This document shows positions 11,331-25,400 of a stretch of DNA of 64,000 bases, piece after piece. Both the position numbers and the translations under genes were made by a program. How positions within the stretch are numbered: the stretch's first letter is position 1; every line of letters begins with the position of its first letter. The notes below the pieces were generated by a model. The model searched no databases, was not told where the DNA came from, and was given only the letters and a program-made list of their open reading frames with translations. Source of the DNA: Zootoca vivipara (lineage: Eukaryota); the NCBI RefSeq assembly GCF_963506605.1, contig NC_083277.1:56110001-56174000 (forward strand), written 5' to 3'.

Positions 11331-13630
11331 GGTTGAGCAACATTTAAAATGCCAGCATTAAAAAAAGTTGACTCTCCATTCAGATTTTGCCCCTTCTCTT
11401 CAATTTCATTTTCTGTGTGTGCTGATGCAATTATTATTGGCTGCTTATTGTGTGGATGATCTTGCTAAGGTGTTAGCTGTAGTGTTGTTCCTGTGGAGGA
11501 AGCAAATGTGTGGGAGAGAGAGGGAGAATGAGAAAATTCTCAAGGGCATATGCATAGATTTCAGAAGCCAGATCAAACTCCTTACAACCATTGCCTTTTT
11601 TTAGTCTGTGCTGTATTTCAGTATCTAATTGGTGAGGCACAAGTTTTCCTCCCTTCATCCCCATTTACATATTTGACATTTGTTGAGGCTTTTATACTTT
11701 TGATATTGATTTACTTGACCATCTTGGATTTTTATCACTTCATGGTCATGGTCACCTGTGGCTGGACCAATAGTGTGACCTCAACTTACATCCTTTGAAC
11801 TGGAGGCTGCATTGGTGCCATCAGCCATCAGGTGAGACTGTTGGGCTGGAGAGAGGTCCAGCTGCAACAAGCGATCTCTGATCAAAGCAGAGGCAGAGGT
11901 GACTGAGATTTGTCCAGTACCGGTAATTCCAACTCTGTAGAAACACGGATTGCTCTCCTCAGTGGTCAGAGGGCAAGAGAGAGACTACATGCCATTGACT
12001 TACCCTTTGACCCTAAACAGATGCTAAAAGTTGACCAGGCATGTTGGTAGAGTAATTGCTGGGGCAGAGAGAGCAGCAGCTGGAGGGCAATTTCCTGGGA
12101 GATCCAGGCTGCTTTATTTGAGGAAAGTGAAAATCAAAGTAGAATAATTGGTTTCCATTAGTACAGCAAATGACTAATTTGGCTGCAGCAGCTGCAGGAT
12201 GTAGTGGGTGCTTAACCCTCTATTTTACAAGTTGCAAGGGAGATGTTTTGGGGAAAATATTTGCCAGATGCTTCCCTATGTAAAGTTGCTTGCATGTTTT
12301 TGTACAGCTGCCTATAAATGTGCAATCAGAGATCCCTAATGTGTGAGAGCCAAAAAATGAAAGATGTAGCATCCAATTCTTGTGAAGTAAGAACCCTGAG
12401 GAAACAGTGCATTCATTCATAACCACTACATATGCTAAAGGAACCATGTTTTAAAGGTAGTTCTAAATGCATGTGGTGGACTACCTTTGAGTGCACTACT
12501 CTAGCTTGTATATGGGGTTGCCATTTAATGGCCAGTATTTTTCCACTCTCAGCAAGATTCAGTAGCGACTGCTACATTTTATAAGATCTAGTGATAAGTT
12601 CAGGGTGTGTGAGATAATTGCCTTTTCATTGTTAAAAAAGCAGATATTTTCTTGGTAACTTTCCATGGTGACATTTTCCTGTTAATGTACTATTGGTTGT
12701 TAGACTTGCCTTGAACTGTGCTCCTGACAAATTACTGAACGGCAGTGTTTCTCAGGGCTCCGATTTAGGCCTGATGTAATCTGCATTTGAAATCTAAGAA
12801 ATATGTTACTTTAGCTTTTGTTTTGCAACCCACAATGTAAAGGACTTTGAGCTGTCTTGCTCATCTTTGCTGTTGGAACAATAGGACTGTACTGACACAT
12901 CTCTTAAAGGTGACAAGTTTTCTTGAAGGTCAAGGTCTGAAAAGGGAAAGGAAGTGGACTTTGCAGCCAAGAGAGATGGCTTCTTAGGAGTTAATGGTGC
13001 AGGCTTCTTTGTCATTTCTGCCAACCCATCCAATAGAAATTAGGCTGGCACTCTGACACTTCTACAAGTCTCCCTTTTCCCTCTTAACTTCAGAGTTGTC
13101 CCTAATCCCACTGATCATATGACTCAAGCAGCATATTAAGGCAGTGTAGTCTTATTCCAGAAGTGAGGAATCTTTTTCAGCCTGTGGGCCACATTCCTTT
13201 CTGGAAAACCTTCTGAAGGCCACATACCAGCAATGGGTAGGAATGGGGCAAAAATGGACAGAGCAATGAATGTGTTTGTGCCCTTTTTACAGTAGGCTAC
13301 TTTCTACACACACACACAACCCTCTCTGTCCTCCATCCAGACAAGTTAAGAGGCATTATTCCAGCTAGGCAAAAACACTCTGAGTGAGGGGGTAGCCTGG
13401 GGAGAATTCTGTTCTATGCCATTGGTCTTCAACTCATGAGCCACAACTGATAGAAGGTGGATCACGCCAATGGTAACTAAGGCACAGGCTGCAAATGGAT
13501 TTTAAAAGGGGGTTCCCCATTCTTCAGGTTGAAATGAAAGGCCTCTCCTGGATCTGAAAAAGGAAAGGCTACTCTGGACAGATGACACTTTTCATGAAAA
13601 TGTTGAATGAAAGAGATTGATAAGGTAAAT

Positions 13631-13812
13631 TAGGGCTGCCATACATGGATTTTCCCAGACATTACTGGGATTTCAAAGGCGGGCTTGATGTCTGGGGGGA
13701 AATTATGAAAGGAGGTGCTTTGTCCTGGATCTTCGGCAAGTCAATCAAAACAAAAACAACTCATCAACTTTCGGGTGTCCTGGTTTTTACTTTTTGAAAT
13801 ATGGCAATCCTA
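13631..13812. mobile_element. hAT (Blackjack-like) MITE
   Basis: Termini TAGGGCTGCCATA...TATGGCAATCCTA; degenerate 8-bp TSD AGGTAAAT / ATGTAACT. Confidence 0.7.
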
Positions 13813-16800
13813 ATGTAACTTCCATAGACAGGGTTAGCTCAAATTTCCTAATGTTTAATTTAAAAAAAACAACAACAGAGCCTTTCTGTAATTTAAATAG
13901 TCCTCTGGTGATAAAGTGTTTTTCTTCCTGAAAACCTTGTAAATATATGTACAAATTAATCTCTGGCCCCACTTGCAATCTTTTTCCTTTAAGCAAATAT
14001 TAAGTGTTCTGTTTCTCCTTTGTCCATCTCTTTCTTGAATTGTGATTCCAGAGTGTGCGCATATGCCCTGAAGTGAGCTGTAAATGAATTGATTTATCCT
14101 CTCTGATCTTGAAGTGGTGTATTTTCCAGGGAAGGGAAGGGAAAGTGTTGTTGGGGCCCAGTGTCAAACATACTTCTCCACAAAATGGATGATGCAAAGC
14201 AGCAAAACTTTTACAAGAACTGAGCTGTCCGTAATCCTTTATCTATATACCCAACAGTATGTGAAGTCAGACCTGATTAGGCCCATGAGCTTTATATTCT
14301 CCATGTAGTTGATGAAGTAGGCTTGAATGTTGAGATCATTGGGCTAAAATCATCATCTGAGATGATGCAGATTTAAGCATTTATTTTATTAAAGAAAATG
14401 AACAAAAATATCCAGTTCTCTCTGCGAGCAAGTGGGTATTCACATGATTGAATTTTCCTTTGTTCATGAAAAAAATATCCCTTCACCTAGAAAACTAGCA
14501 TGTCAGGAAGAAGGCCTCTGGTCTGGTCTTCTCTCTGGCATGCTCATTTTCTATGTGTAGGGGAGCATCCCACCATGTGAGCCTCCAAATGCACTGTGAA
14601 CTGGTACAAGTGAGACACATGTTTACCACTTCAGTGAGAGCTAGGTCACTGCTATGTGGCAGGCTGAGCATGAAGAGTAATTCAATTAATATCAAATTAG
14701 TTTTAGCCATCAGGAAGTGATCTGTGGGTTGTAATTCCATCAGGCCTAACATGCTTAAATTGAACTTTCCTCTCACAATTTTTTCAAGGTATGCAAAGCT
14801 TTTCAGTCACAGCAGCTGGAGAAGACAACACACAACCCATTAGCAAAACACAACGGGACCATTAAAGCATCAGATGTTTTCTGGAACGATATAAGATTCC
14901 TCAGTAGAAATAGTCAAAATTCAACACAAAACATTGGGTTAGATCAACCATCCATTTCTTTGAGGTCTTAGCAATTGCCTGTGTCTGGATTTTCACTTTG
15001 GTATTGTATCATACATGTTGCTTCATCCAGCAGTAGACATGCCACATACAGTCTTTTACAGGACCACTTTGTTTTTGCTGATGTCCCTATAACAAACACA
15101 AGTCCTGAATACTCTCCTAGAGAAGGTCACCTGAAGCCCCTTTATTCACGGCACGTGCAGCCTCCTTTCCAGGTGAGCAGTCTCCCCATCTCACTGCAGA
15201 GTCCTCAGGACAGTTATGGCACCATTGTGTGCCAATGAAACAGGAGGCCTGTCTCTTGAAACAGTTCAGTTCAAAGTGCTCTGGCTGCTCCCCCTGATAC
15301 TGGTAAGAGACTTGTGTATGTCTTCAAATGAGTGGTGTTTTGGCAGCACCCTGACTGTGTTAATTCCTTTCTTGGCATGGGAAGGGTCTTCCTCACTTTA
15401 TGAGTAGGAAAGCTAATAGTGATCTGAAGCAATTCGGTCCCCTGCTTCTCTACACCCAAGTGCTGCATTGCTGAGCAGTCTGGATCATTCTGCCCTTGAC
15501 AAAGCACTCACAAAGGCCCTTTCTGAATGTTGACTTAGTCTTCCTTGGAGGAAAGGGGTGCCAGACAGCAGTAGTCCCCGCTGGCAGCTTTGCACAGCCA
15601 TAAAGTTAAGTGTACAGTAGAAACAAATGCATGTTCCTTGGAAATGCACTGGCTGCATCCCAGGAAGCAGGCTCACTGCTTGTTACAAGGATGGAAAGTA
15701 CTGCTTTGTATCTGTAACCAATCCCTGTATTCTGATGTGGTCCAACAGTGACCCACAGAGCAGGCTGCGCAACCAGCAGCCCCAGGTCCACATAGGACAA
15801 GGAGGGAGGAAAATGGGGGAAGAGGGAGATCTGGATTAAAAGAGAGTGAAACAAGGGAGTAGCAGTGAGAGAGACAAGAGTGTGAACTGCTCCAAAAGTA
15901 CATCAGCACAGGGTCCCGTAAACTCGTTTCAAATCAGTGGTCTTCAGGAAATAATGTGACTTTAATTCTGCTACAGTATATGGTATGTTGAGGGTAGGAA
16001 GGGCCCAGTGTGTCTCTCTGTACAGTGCTAACGCAGTTCATGCTTTCACATTATCACAATAGCTCCAAGAGTTTATACCGGATTACCAGGAAATGCTGTC
16101 CATTCTGCTTCTGGTTGCCATGTGCTTAGCATTGAACCGTACACATTCACTAAAAATGGAGGGCAGGAGAAAGGCAGGGCCAGGACTGTTGCTGCATATC
16201 TGAAATCTGGGCATTGAGTGGGGCACCAGAAAAGGGTATTGTACAAGTGTATGCAAATAGACAATTGAGATGACAAGGACCCCTGCATGGTCGAGGTGTC
16301 CTCACATAAAGTGCCTTTCCATGTACATGCATAGGTGTGCCTTTGCAGAATCCCACTCTGTGTGCAAGTGTCAGAGGTATAACAACATCAGGGGCAGGGC
16401 TAGGAGAACACAGCACTGTCCTCCTTTATGTGTCATGGAGGCACACATGAGGAGGGCAATTGTGCCTTCTGATTTTAATCTTTTGAGAATCCACTTATGT
16501 TCTCACATTTCACTCTTATGAGGTTGGTAGCTGTTGTAATAGTTCTGTGCAGGCTGTATAATACTTCCCATAAATTTTGTCTCCTCAGTTCTTTGTACTA
16601 TTGGCCTGCTTGTCTTGTTGTGACTGCTTCGTTTGCTGATTGTGGGAGCATTGTAGCCTTATAGTAATGAGACATATCTTCTAATGCTTTGTGATGAACA
16701 AAGCTTGGCTTTCAGTTAGGGGACATGAAAAATTGAGCTTTTTAACAAGTAATTTTTCTTAAATTCTTATTGTAATAATATAAATCTATAATAACAAGAA

Positions 16801-18587
16801 GATCAACAAAGAACAAAAAAAGCTAATAACAAGAAATTAATCTTTGTGAGTGTGTGTGTGTTTATGTAAAAAACTGGCAGAAACATAACTCCTGTTGCAA
16901 ATGATATGTTCCATCATGAACATATCATTTCGTGTTCCATCATGAAATTTGAAGGTTTAAGTATTCTGTAAGACTTCTTAATCCAAATATTGTGTTCACC
17001 TGTTAAGACAGTTCTTGCCATATTAAATCTTCTTTGAATGGAAAGAGTAGGAGGAAGTAATTAAAAGTTCTGAATGGTCATTTTGATAAAAGATTATATC
17101 ATTAAGCTGCAATTCTACACGTATTTGGTAAGTGGTAAGTCAAAATGGCTGCAAGAATTTAGCAGAAACCCCAACTAATTAGTGAGACATAATACATCAC
17201 AGCTGATCCAGGGTAAGTAAGGTGTCATAGTCATTACTTTAAATTCATAATTAGTAGTCAGTGTAGATAAGAGCTCTCTTGAATCATTACAGCAACTGGA
17301 CTCTCAACATGATCAGGTGTTTATGGCAACAGGATGATAACAAATGTGGTGAGGGGGGTTATTCTTTCGTTTGTTTTTATGTACTGTATTTTTGTGTTTT
17401 TATGCTGTAAAGCATCCTGTGATCCTTTGATGAAGGGTGATGTATGAATTAAATAAATTTTTAAAAATCCTTTTTCGGACTGATATAGGAGGAGAGGGTT
17501 GTTTTTTCTAATGGTGGAATTTAGAAAGTATAACTTTAAATGCCTGATAATTCATTTTTAATTATTTTGCTCCTTCAGGACAGCCGCGCTCTCTCCTCTC
17601 ACCTGTGCTTGTTTATAAACAGACAACCTGGCATCAGCATGAAAATAAATATACATAATTTTGTATTTACTGGTTGTCCTAATCATCTCCCTCACAACAG
17701 AGGTAGTGGGAGGAATTTCTGCTTTTCTGATAGAACAATCTCCCTTCCCCCCCAACTGTTATGGGGGTTCTTCTGATCCCTCCCCCAAGCCAGTTTGTGG
17801 GTGCATGCTGGAAAGAGAACCAGCCTTTGCTTAGGCTTCCACTAGTAGGACCTATTTGTTGAACCCGACCCAACAAATGGCTTAAAGAGGTGCTTAAATT
17901 GTATGGAGGATCTGCTTCCTAGTCAAGACAATTCATGGTGACAGTTCCTCCCCCATTCTTGTTCTTCCAGGCTGCGGCATATAGCAAATGCAGTGTGTCA
18001 GTCAATCTAGTTGCTAAACAGCTGCCTCTTGCTCTTGAGTTGAATATCAATCAAATGAAGAATGCAATTTCTGCTGTTCAAGACCTATTTAATTTGCCAG
18101 GATGATGTTGCTTTTGGGAGACATTTGCCCTCTGATTGTGTGCAACTTGTACACCAAGGTGGCCGGAAAATTTGGTGCTCGTTAAGCTGTGCTGCGTGTC
18201 TTTACAAAAGCCGTTGGCTTCTGAGGGACCAGCCTCTGTAATTAAGCAGTCCCCATTTTATGAAGCCTCATCAACCTAGAAAAATAGCTCATACGATGTT
18301 AAGTCAGGTGGACCTGTCAAGAAGTCCTACATTTTGAGACCATTGCTATGCTAGGCCACCCGTGAGCAACGGGAGCAGCCTGTGATGGCCTCAGGGCAGT
18401 AGGTCTGACAACAATATTAATGAAGCAATATTGCTCTAAAGGCCGGAGAGTGTGTCCTTTACTCCTAGAGGTGCCAGTTCTCATCAACACAAACATGGCC
18501 GTGTCACACAGGGATTGCTGAGAGCAGCGAGGTGTGCTGCCACTCCAAGACAAGGCCTTCATAAAGCATGTCTGTCTGTCTTTCCAG

Positions 18588-19399
18588 GGCTGAGCGGGCA
18601 ACAGCTGTGCTGCTGGCAGATCCCTGTTTCCAGCTCCGTTCTATTCAGTACTTGTTGGGGAACACGGAGCCTCTAATCCTGGGGATGGCATCAGCTTCTG
18701 CTGACAAGAAACATTTCTCCCTGCAGAGCTGTAAGTATCTCCCCTGATCTGCTGTGCTTGAACATACACCATGAGTCACTTGCTCCTGCCTGGCTACTTG
18801 TTGCCTCCCACTTTGCCATTTGGGTAACTCCTAGGTGCCTTTTGTAGAAAAGGTGGTCACTGAGATCTCTGCTACAGAGCCTGACCACTGGTCCTGTTAG
18901 CTAGGGATCATGGGAGTTGTAGTCCCAAAACATCTGGTGGGCCGAGTTTGCCTATGCCTACTGTAAACCTCTGTCTTGTCCTTCTACCTTGTTGTGTGTC
19001 TCCTCCCTCCTTGCCTGTCCCTGCTGTTCAAAGATGCCTTGTGTATTTGAGGCCACCAGATATATTTGCCCTGTAGCAACACCATGGCAATAACTCCCCG
19101 TTTTCCTCTTCCTGTGCCTCTGCTCTCCAACAGCAACAGCAATAACTTTTTCATCCTGTTTCCACAGGCATATGGTTGCCTACTCTGAAAATAGGATGCT
19201 GAATTAGATGAGCCCATGGGCCTGATTCAGCAGGGCCCTTCTTACATTTCCTAAGAAGGATCAGCTAAGAATTCAGACAAAAGAATAGGTTTAAAAAGGG
19301 GGGAGTGTATATACATATATGTAAGCTCATTAGCCTCTCTTCTAAGAAATATTCAAAGCTGCTTTTCCATAAAGCCATATAGAAAAATAAAGCCACACT

Positions 19400-19455
<56 letters not shown>

Positions 19456-22400
19456 TTATTATTTATACCCCGCCCATCTGGCTGGGTTTCCCCAGCCACT
19501 CTGGGCGGCTTCCAACAGAAAATAAAACACTTTAAAACGCATCTGCTATAAAATAACAACACAATAAAACAAGATAAGACAAAGTCACAAATTGGGTGGT
19601 GTGAGCTGACTGTAGCTCCGTGCATAGAGCAGGTGCAGGGTATCCTTGAGGGAGTTTAGCAAAGCAATGTGGACTTGTGAGATGCCCAGTGGTAGGGCAC
19701 AGGATTTGCATGCAAGGAGGTCCCAGGTTCAGCCTTCTTACATTTCCAGGTAAAGGGATCAGTGTTGCCCAAGACACCCTAGAGCTGCTGCCAGTTAGAA
19801 TAGTAAACTATATGAGGCTGGATTGACTCAAGGGCCTGCCTCAATAGAAGGCAGATTCCTGCATCAACAATGTCAGCAACAGATGTAGCTTATTCTTCAG
19901 CTGCTCAGGCCTACTGTCCTGTGGCACAACAGAGCAGCACATGGCACTGCTTACGTTTCCCCGGAGGGACCAGTCGTGGCTGTGTAGAGTACCCACACTG
20001 TGCCTCCTCCCCACTGTGTGTGTGTGTGTTTTCAGAGAAGAAGTAGTTTGCATCTTTTCTTATTTTATTTTCACTTAACTTTGCCTCACAGCCCATTTTA
20101 AAGATCCAATCCTATTCTCTGGATAGGATGGCAGCAAAGATCTTTTCTATAGCGAAAAAATAAGTACTGTTATGTATGCCTTTGCATACCAAGCTGGCAC
20201 GTGCCATCTCTTAAAAGAAATGTGTGTCCAGCTCGAGAGAACCAAGCTCCTGTCCTTGGCTCTGCCCATGCCCTTGACGTTTGCTGAGATAGAGGAGAGC
20301 AATTGGAGCAATGAGATGGAGGAAACCGTGATCCCTGAGGAATAGTGCAGGCTTTATTTACACAACCTCTAGAAACTGTTAGTTCCATGGAGATCTTGAG
20401 CTGATGACGAAATAAGGCATTATCTGATTGGGGTAGTGGTGCAGAGCTGCTGAAGTGATTGAGAACTGTGGAAGATTACAGTACTGCAGCAGGCAGCAAA
20501 GCTTTCTCTTGCTTTTAACCTCTGCTGAATTGTGGCCATCGTGTTGATTTATCTCACTCTCTCTATGAAAGGCTGGCCGAAGGCCTCCTTGCCTCAGGCT
20601 TTTTTGGGGGGGGGGCATTTCCAGTGTTTGTTCTCCAGCTGCAAATGCATGCAAGCCAGGGCCAGCCCTACCATTAGGCAGAGTGAGACAGATACTGTGG
20701 GACAGGGAGCAACAGCAAAGTGCTAAAGGACAGAGTCATTGTGTGCAGGGCCTGCTCAAGATAATTTGCTGCCCGAGGCAAATGATTAGATGATGACCTC
20801 TCTCCTCCCTCACCATTCCATGCACAGAAGTTGACGACTGAAAGCTGCATCAGCACTTGTGATGGGATAGCATATTTCAGCACCTGAAGGCAGCAAGCTA
20901 ACTTAGGAAGGTGCAAGACAGGCCACATGGCACACACAGTTCTGTCCTCCCAAGGTGGGGAACTGCCAAAAGGACAATGGAGGACTGGCCAGGGGATATT
21001 GCTTCTCCAGCATCTGCTGCCTAAGGAGGCTGTTGCGCTCTGCCTAATAATAGGACTGGCCTTGTGTGTTTTCCGTGCAATCTGCCCTACGCTCATTGTG
21101 CTAGGTTGCAGTCCTTGGGTGCAGTGGAGGACCCCATCCCATTGTTACAACCAGTTGCCAGTCTGGTTGGTTTTTATACGTGACGTGGGAAGGAGGGTGC
21201 CATCTTTTTCTTCAGACCTCAAACAACAAAACATCTTAGTCCAGCCTTGATAAAAAGCAATACACTTCCATGTTTTTACAGAACTGAGGCATCTTACAGA
21301 GGCCCTTTAGCCAATATGATAAACCACATCTTAGCTCAAGTATGACCTCTGGTTTCTGCCCTTGTGAATCTCTGCTGAGCCCAGGAAAGCTACATCGAAG
21401 AGAAATGACAATTACTCTATCATGTCCAAATATGCTCACTGTTGAGTGCTTGGAAAATTTTTGAAGCAGTGCTAGGGAAGATTGATGATGATCCTCTGCT
21501 GTAAAAAAAAAAAGTAAAGTAATATTAGAAGGTGCTCTGGGTTTACTGTTAACTGGGAATCCTAAAGCTCAGGAGATGCCTCACATGAAACAAGGCTGTG
21601 CCTTGGGGTGGTTGCTGCTGTATTAGAGTCTACAGGGATTATACATAACCACTGTCCTTTCCTTCCTGCTAATGTCATTATTAAGTGGGACTTCCCTGCC
21701 TGCCAACTGCAGGTTCCCTTTTCCTGCTGATAGCGTGGAAACGTGTGCTAGAGGGAAGGCAGTAGCCTGCAGAGGACACCACAGGAAGATTCTCTTTTGT
21801 TTTCCGCAATGCACTGTGCCATATATCTTAAAGAGGCACTGTTAATTGTTTCCCAGAATGGAGCATGCGGAGTCCCCTGCCCCCCCCCCCGGTGTCAGTA
21901 TAGCATTACCTACTGTTGCGCTCTTTTGCCTGGCTCTGAATTCCCTTACCCTACAGCAAAGTGCTTGTGTTCCCATCCTATTTTTGGGCTATGGAGGGAG
22001 TGTCTGTCTAAAAGCCTGATTTCCAAAATGCACGTACTTGTGTATCCACCAGCAGCACCGCCTATGCTGATAACTGAGCTGGCCCAGCAGCTTATATTCT
22101 CTCCCATAGATAGTCTTTGCAAATATTAGATCCGCTTGTGAAGGTTGCTTCATAGACTCTGGTGTATTGGCACGGCCAAAGTTGACCTGTGCCTTCTCTG
22201 CAAACCATTTTTTCCTGCTCAATCCAGTAAGGAAAACTATGCTAGTTCTCACGGGCACTTTGCTGTGTCAAATCCCAGAGGCCTAAGCAATCCAAAGAAG
22301 CAGAGGCAGAGGGCAGAGGCAGTAATGCTTCTGAATACCAGTTGCTGGAAACTGCAGGAGGGGGAGGTGCTCTTGTGTTCGGATCCTGTTTGTGGGTTTC

Positions 22401-25400
22401 TCACATCTGGTTGTTCACTGTGAGAACAGGATGCTGGACTACATGGGCCATCAGCCTGATCCAGCAGCGCTCTTCTTATGTTCTTATGAAGGCTCCCCCA
22501 GAACAAACACGTGCTTATCAGAAATGTGAGGGGTGGAGAGGGGGGGGAGAGGGGTGTGTGTGTGTGTATGCTGGAGCATGCATGCTTCAGAAGATCTTTC
22601 TCACATATTACAGCTGGAGCCCTTAATGGCATTGACAATAATGTTGCTTAAGCTTTGTAGGATCACTCCTGTGTTCCCCCTCATGAGTTGCTCAGATAGG
22701 AAGCTTTGATTGCCCTGTGACAACTGAAGAGTTTTCATCCCTTTCGTGGATGCCTTGCCACTCCCGATGCAATATTTAACATCCATTTCCTTGTCATTGT
22801 CTGGAGGACTTGGTCATCTTTGATCGCATGGTCTATGGGGTTCTCAAAGCTTGCATATTTTAAAACATAGACTAGTATTTCTCTTCAGCACTCTAAATCG
22901 CAGAGTTGTCTAATTGTAGCAAGAGTTGTGGCCACAATATGCCCAGGAAAGCTATACCAGCATAATGCTTCCCATGCATGCTGTCATCTGGTGGCTTTTG
23001 AGAACTCTACCCTTGTCCCTGCCCCATAGATCACTACTGTGCAAAGCCATTTTCTTCTCTCCTGTGGTAACCCTGAGAACAAGGTGCCTCACCTCTTTGC
23101 GCATCACTTGGTTAACAGATCAGCTCATGCTGCGCTCTGCCACCATGTGGCCAAACACCTCCACCGCAGCTTCATTTTAATCCCTCCCAACCAGTCATTG
23201 GTGGGATGGGGCTGAAAAAAGAAATCTGGGGCAAGCTCCCCCCTTCTGCATAGTAATAGTAGAACCTGTGCCTCCCCACCCCCACTCTGCTGCCAATTGT
23301 CCTTCCTTTATCATTAATCTTTTTTCTCTGCAGACACTGATTATATCAGCCAGGAAGAGCTGGCCAAGGTGGAGCAAATGCTGGGCCACCTCAGTGAAGA
23401 GTCCAAGCAGGCTGCAGCCTCCACCTTGGTAAGCTTCAACCTAATGAACTGAATATGTGTGGCTATTTGCCCAAGGCACCCTCCATAGCATCACCCCTCG
23501 CAGGACCTCAGCCGAGGCAAAAGGTCAAGCACCGGCCCTTGCTGCATTGCCTAAGGGAAGTGAAGGTGCAGCATTCACAGGGTCCTGCAGATACACGGGC
23601 CATTACTGACCTTGCTTGGCAACACTGGGTGTCTCTGTTTCTTGGGTACCTGGTTTGGCTTGGACATGTTAAGATCATATGGGGTAAGTGTCCAAGTGTC
23701 CAAAGGTTGATGCTGACCTCTAATGCTGTAGGGCAGCGATAGCCAATGTGGTGCCCTCCAGCTGCTGCTGGACTCCGGCTCCCATCATTGCTGACCATTG
23801 GGAGTCCAACAATATATTGGCATCACCCTCATAACCACCCCTGCTTTACAGAGCCATCTGTAAGGACAGTGTGTTCTCCTGTGGAAGCAGGATCTGAGAG
23901 TGGGCACAGGTAGATGCAGATCATACATATGCACAGGTGCTAATGCACACTTACTAAGCTAATAATATCCTCAACTTCATTAAGCCGGTGTGGCTATTCT
24001 TTTTTGGGGCTGAGGGTCACATTCATCCTTGGCCCCTTGCTCTGAGGTTTACATGCCAGTTGTGGGGGTGCCCACCCTAACCACTTTCATGCACACATAC
24101 ATGACACACTCAAGAGGCCCCCTCTTCCCAGCTGATCCATGCTGGTCAACTGAGGAAATTGGGTTATTATCCCCTTTCTGCTCATCAAATGATCAACCTG
24201 ATGACTAGGAAGGGGGAACATCGAAGGCGCTGAAGCCCACCTACCTCATACCGAGTGTACTTCATTATTTCCCCCCCCCCCTTTTTCTGGCACTGCCAAA
24301 ATTGGTGGTGGGGAGTCAGACGAAAACTGACTGAGGGGTCAGACCAGGTCCCTAAACCAGGGTTTAGCCAGCCCAGCAGCAGTACAACATAGAATGAATG
24401 AGTCAAAATTCCTGTGCTACGTGCTCACTTGACAAGGTCGCTGAGTACAGCACTTGCTTATGACCACTGAAATATGATTATTCTGTGTGTTCTTCACCAT
24501 CTGTAATCTGCAAACACCCAGCGGCCAAGCAGATATCCCAGTGGGAAGGAGTTCCACTGTCTTCAGGGAAGTGAGGCCTGAGAGCTCCATTCTCCCTCCC
24601 CCCCCAACCCTAATCTTTGCCCAAACAATTCCAGTTTCTTTTGAAATTCTGAACCTTGGAAGCAGAATAAGCTGTTCAAGATGAATCTGCGAAATTGAAG
24701 GCACAGAACTGGGTTTCTTTGTTGAAAAAAAATTGGACTGGATGGGGACGGAGGGAGGAGGAGCTTAAGCAGCACAGATGCTACCCAGATGGACTCTGGC
24801 TGCTGAAGCGGCCCCCGCATGTGTTGCTCTGTCTGGGTGACCTCCAGAGAGAAGCTGTGATCCAGGAAGCAACCTGATCTCTGCCAGGGGTAGGTTCTGA
24901 ATTATTAATGTGGCTGCTCATCTTCCAGCTGCAGTTTGGAGCTGCATGAAGGCTGCTGCAGGAGGACAGGGTGGGAGAGAGAGCTGATGGGATGGGAACA
25001 CACTGTCCCTGGGTTCAGTAGGAACTCATGCTCTTAGCCTAGGCCAACCCCGGGGCAGGAAGCAAACCTTCATTACGAACCTCAAGCTAAGCTGAACTCT
25101 ACATTCTTTGCACAGGGAGACGAGTGCAGAGAAGTTGACTAGCCCCGTATATTCTTGACTACTGCTTCTGCTGCTGAGATTATTAGCTCTCCCAAAATTA
25201 TATTGAAAGGTAGCAGGATGTGTATAGGTGTACTTAAGTCTTCTTTACAGGCACAGCTTATGGTCTGTGCTCCAAGAGGGAGATCCATAAGAGATACATT
25301 TATATTGTTAGCTTTTCGAAACTTTTTTAAAATCTCACTTTCTCCCCCTTGTGGCAGCAGTCTGCTCACTGGGATTCCCTCTTCTCTTGGACAGACAAGG

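Noticed and set aside
12806-13033. Protein-like 75-aa ORF (TPKK, ENLSP)
   Set aside because: Non-ATG start, no recognisable family and no convincing splice context.
19353-19625. Poly-Leu ORF
   Set aside because: Translation of the (TTA)n microsatellite.
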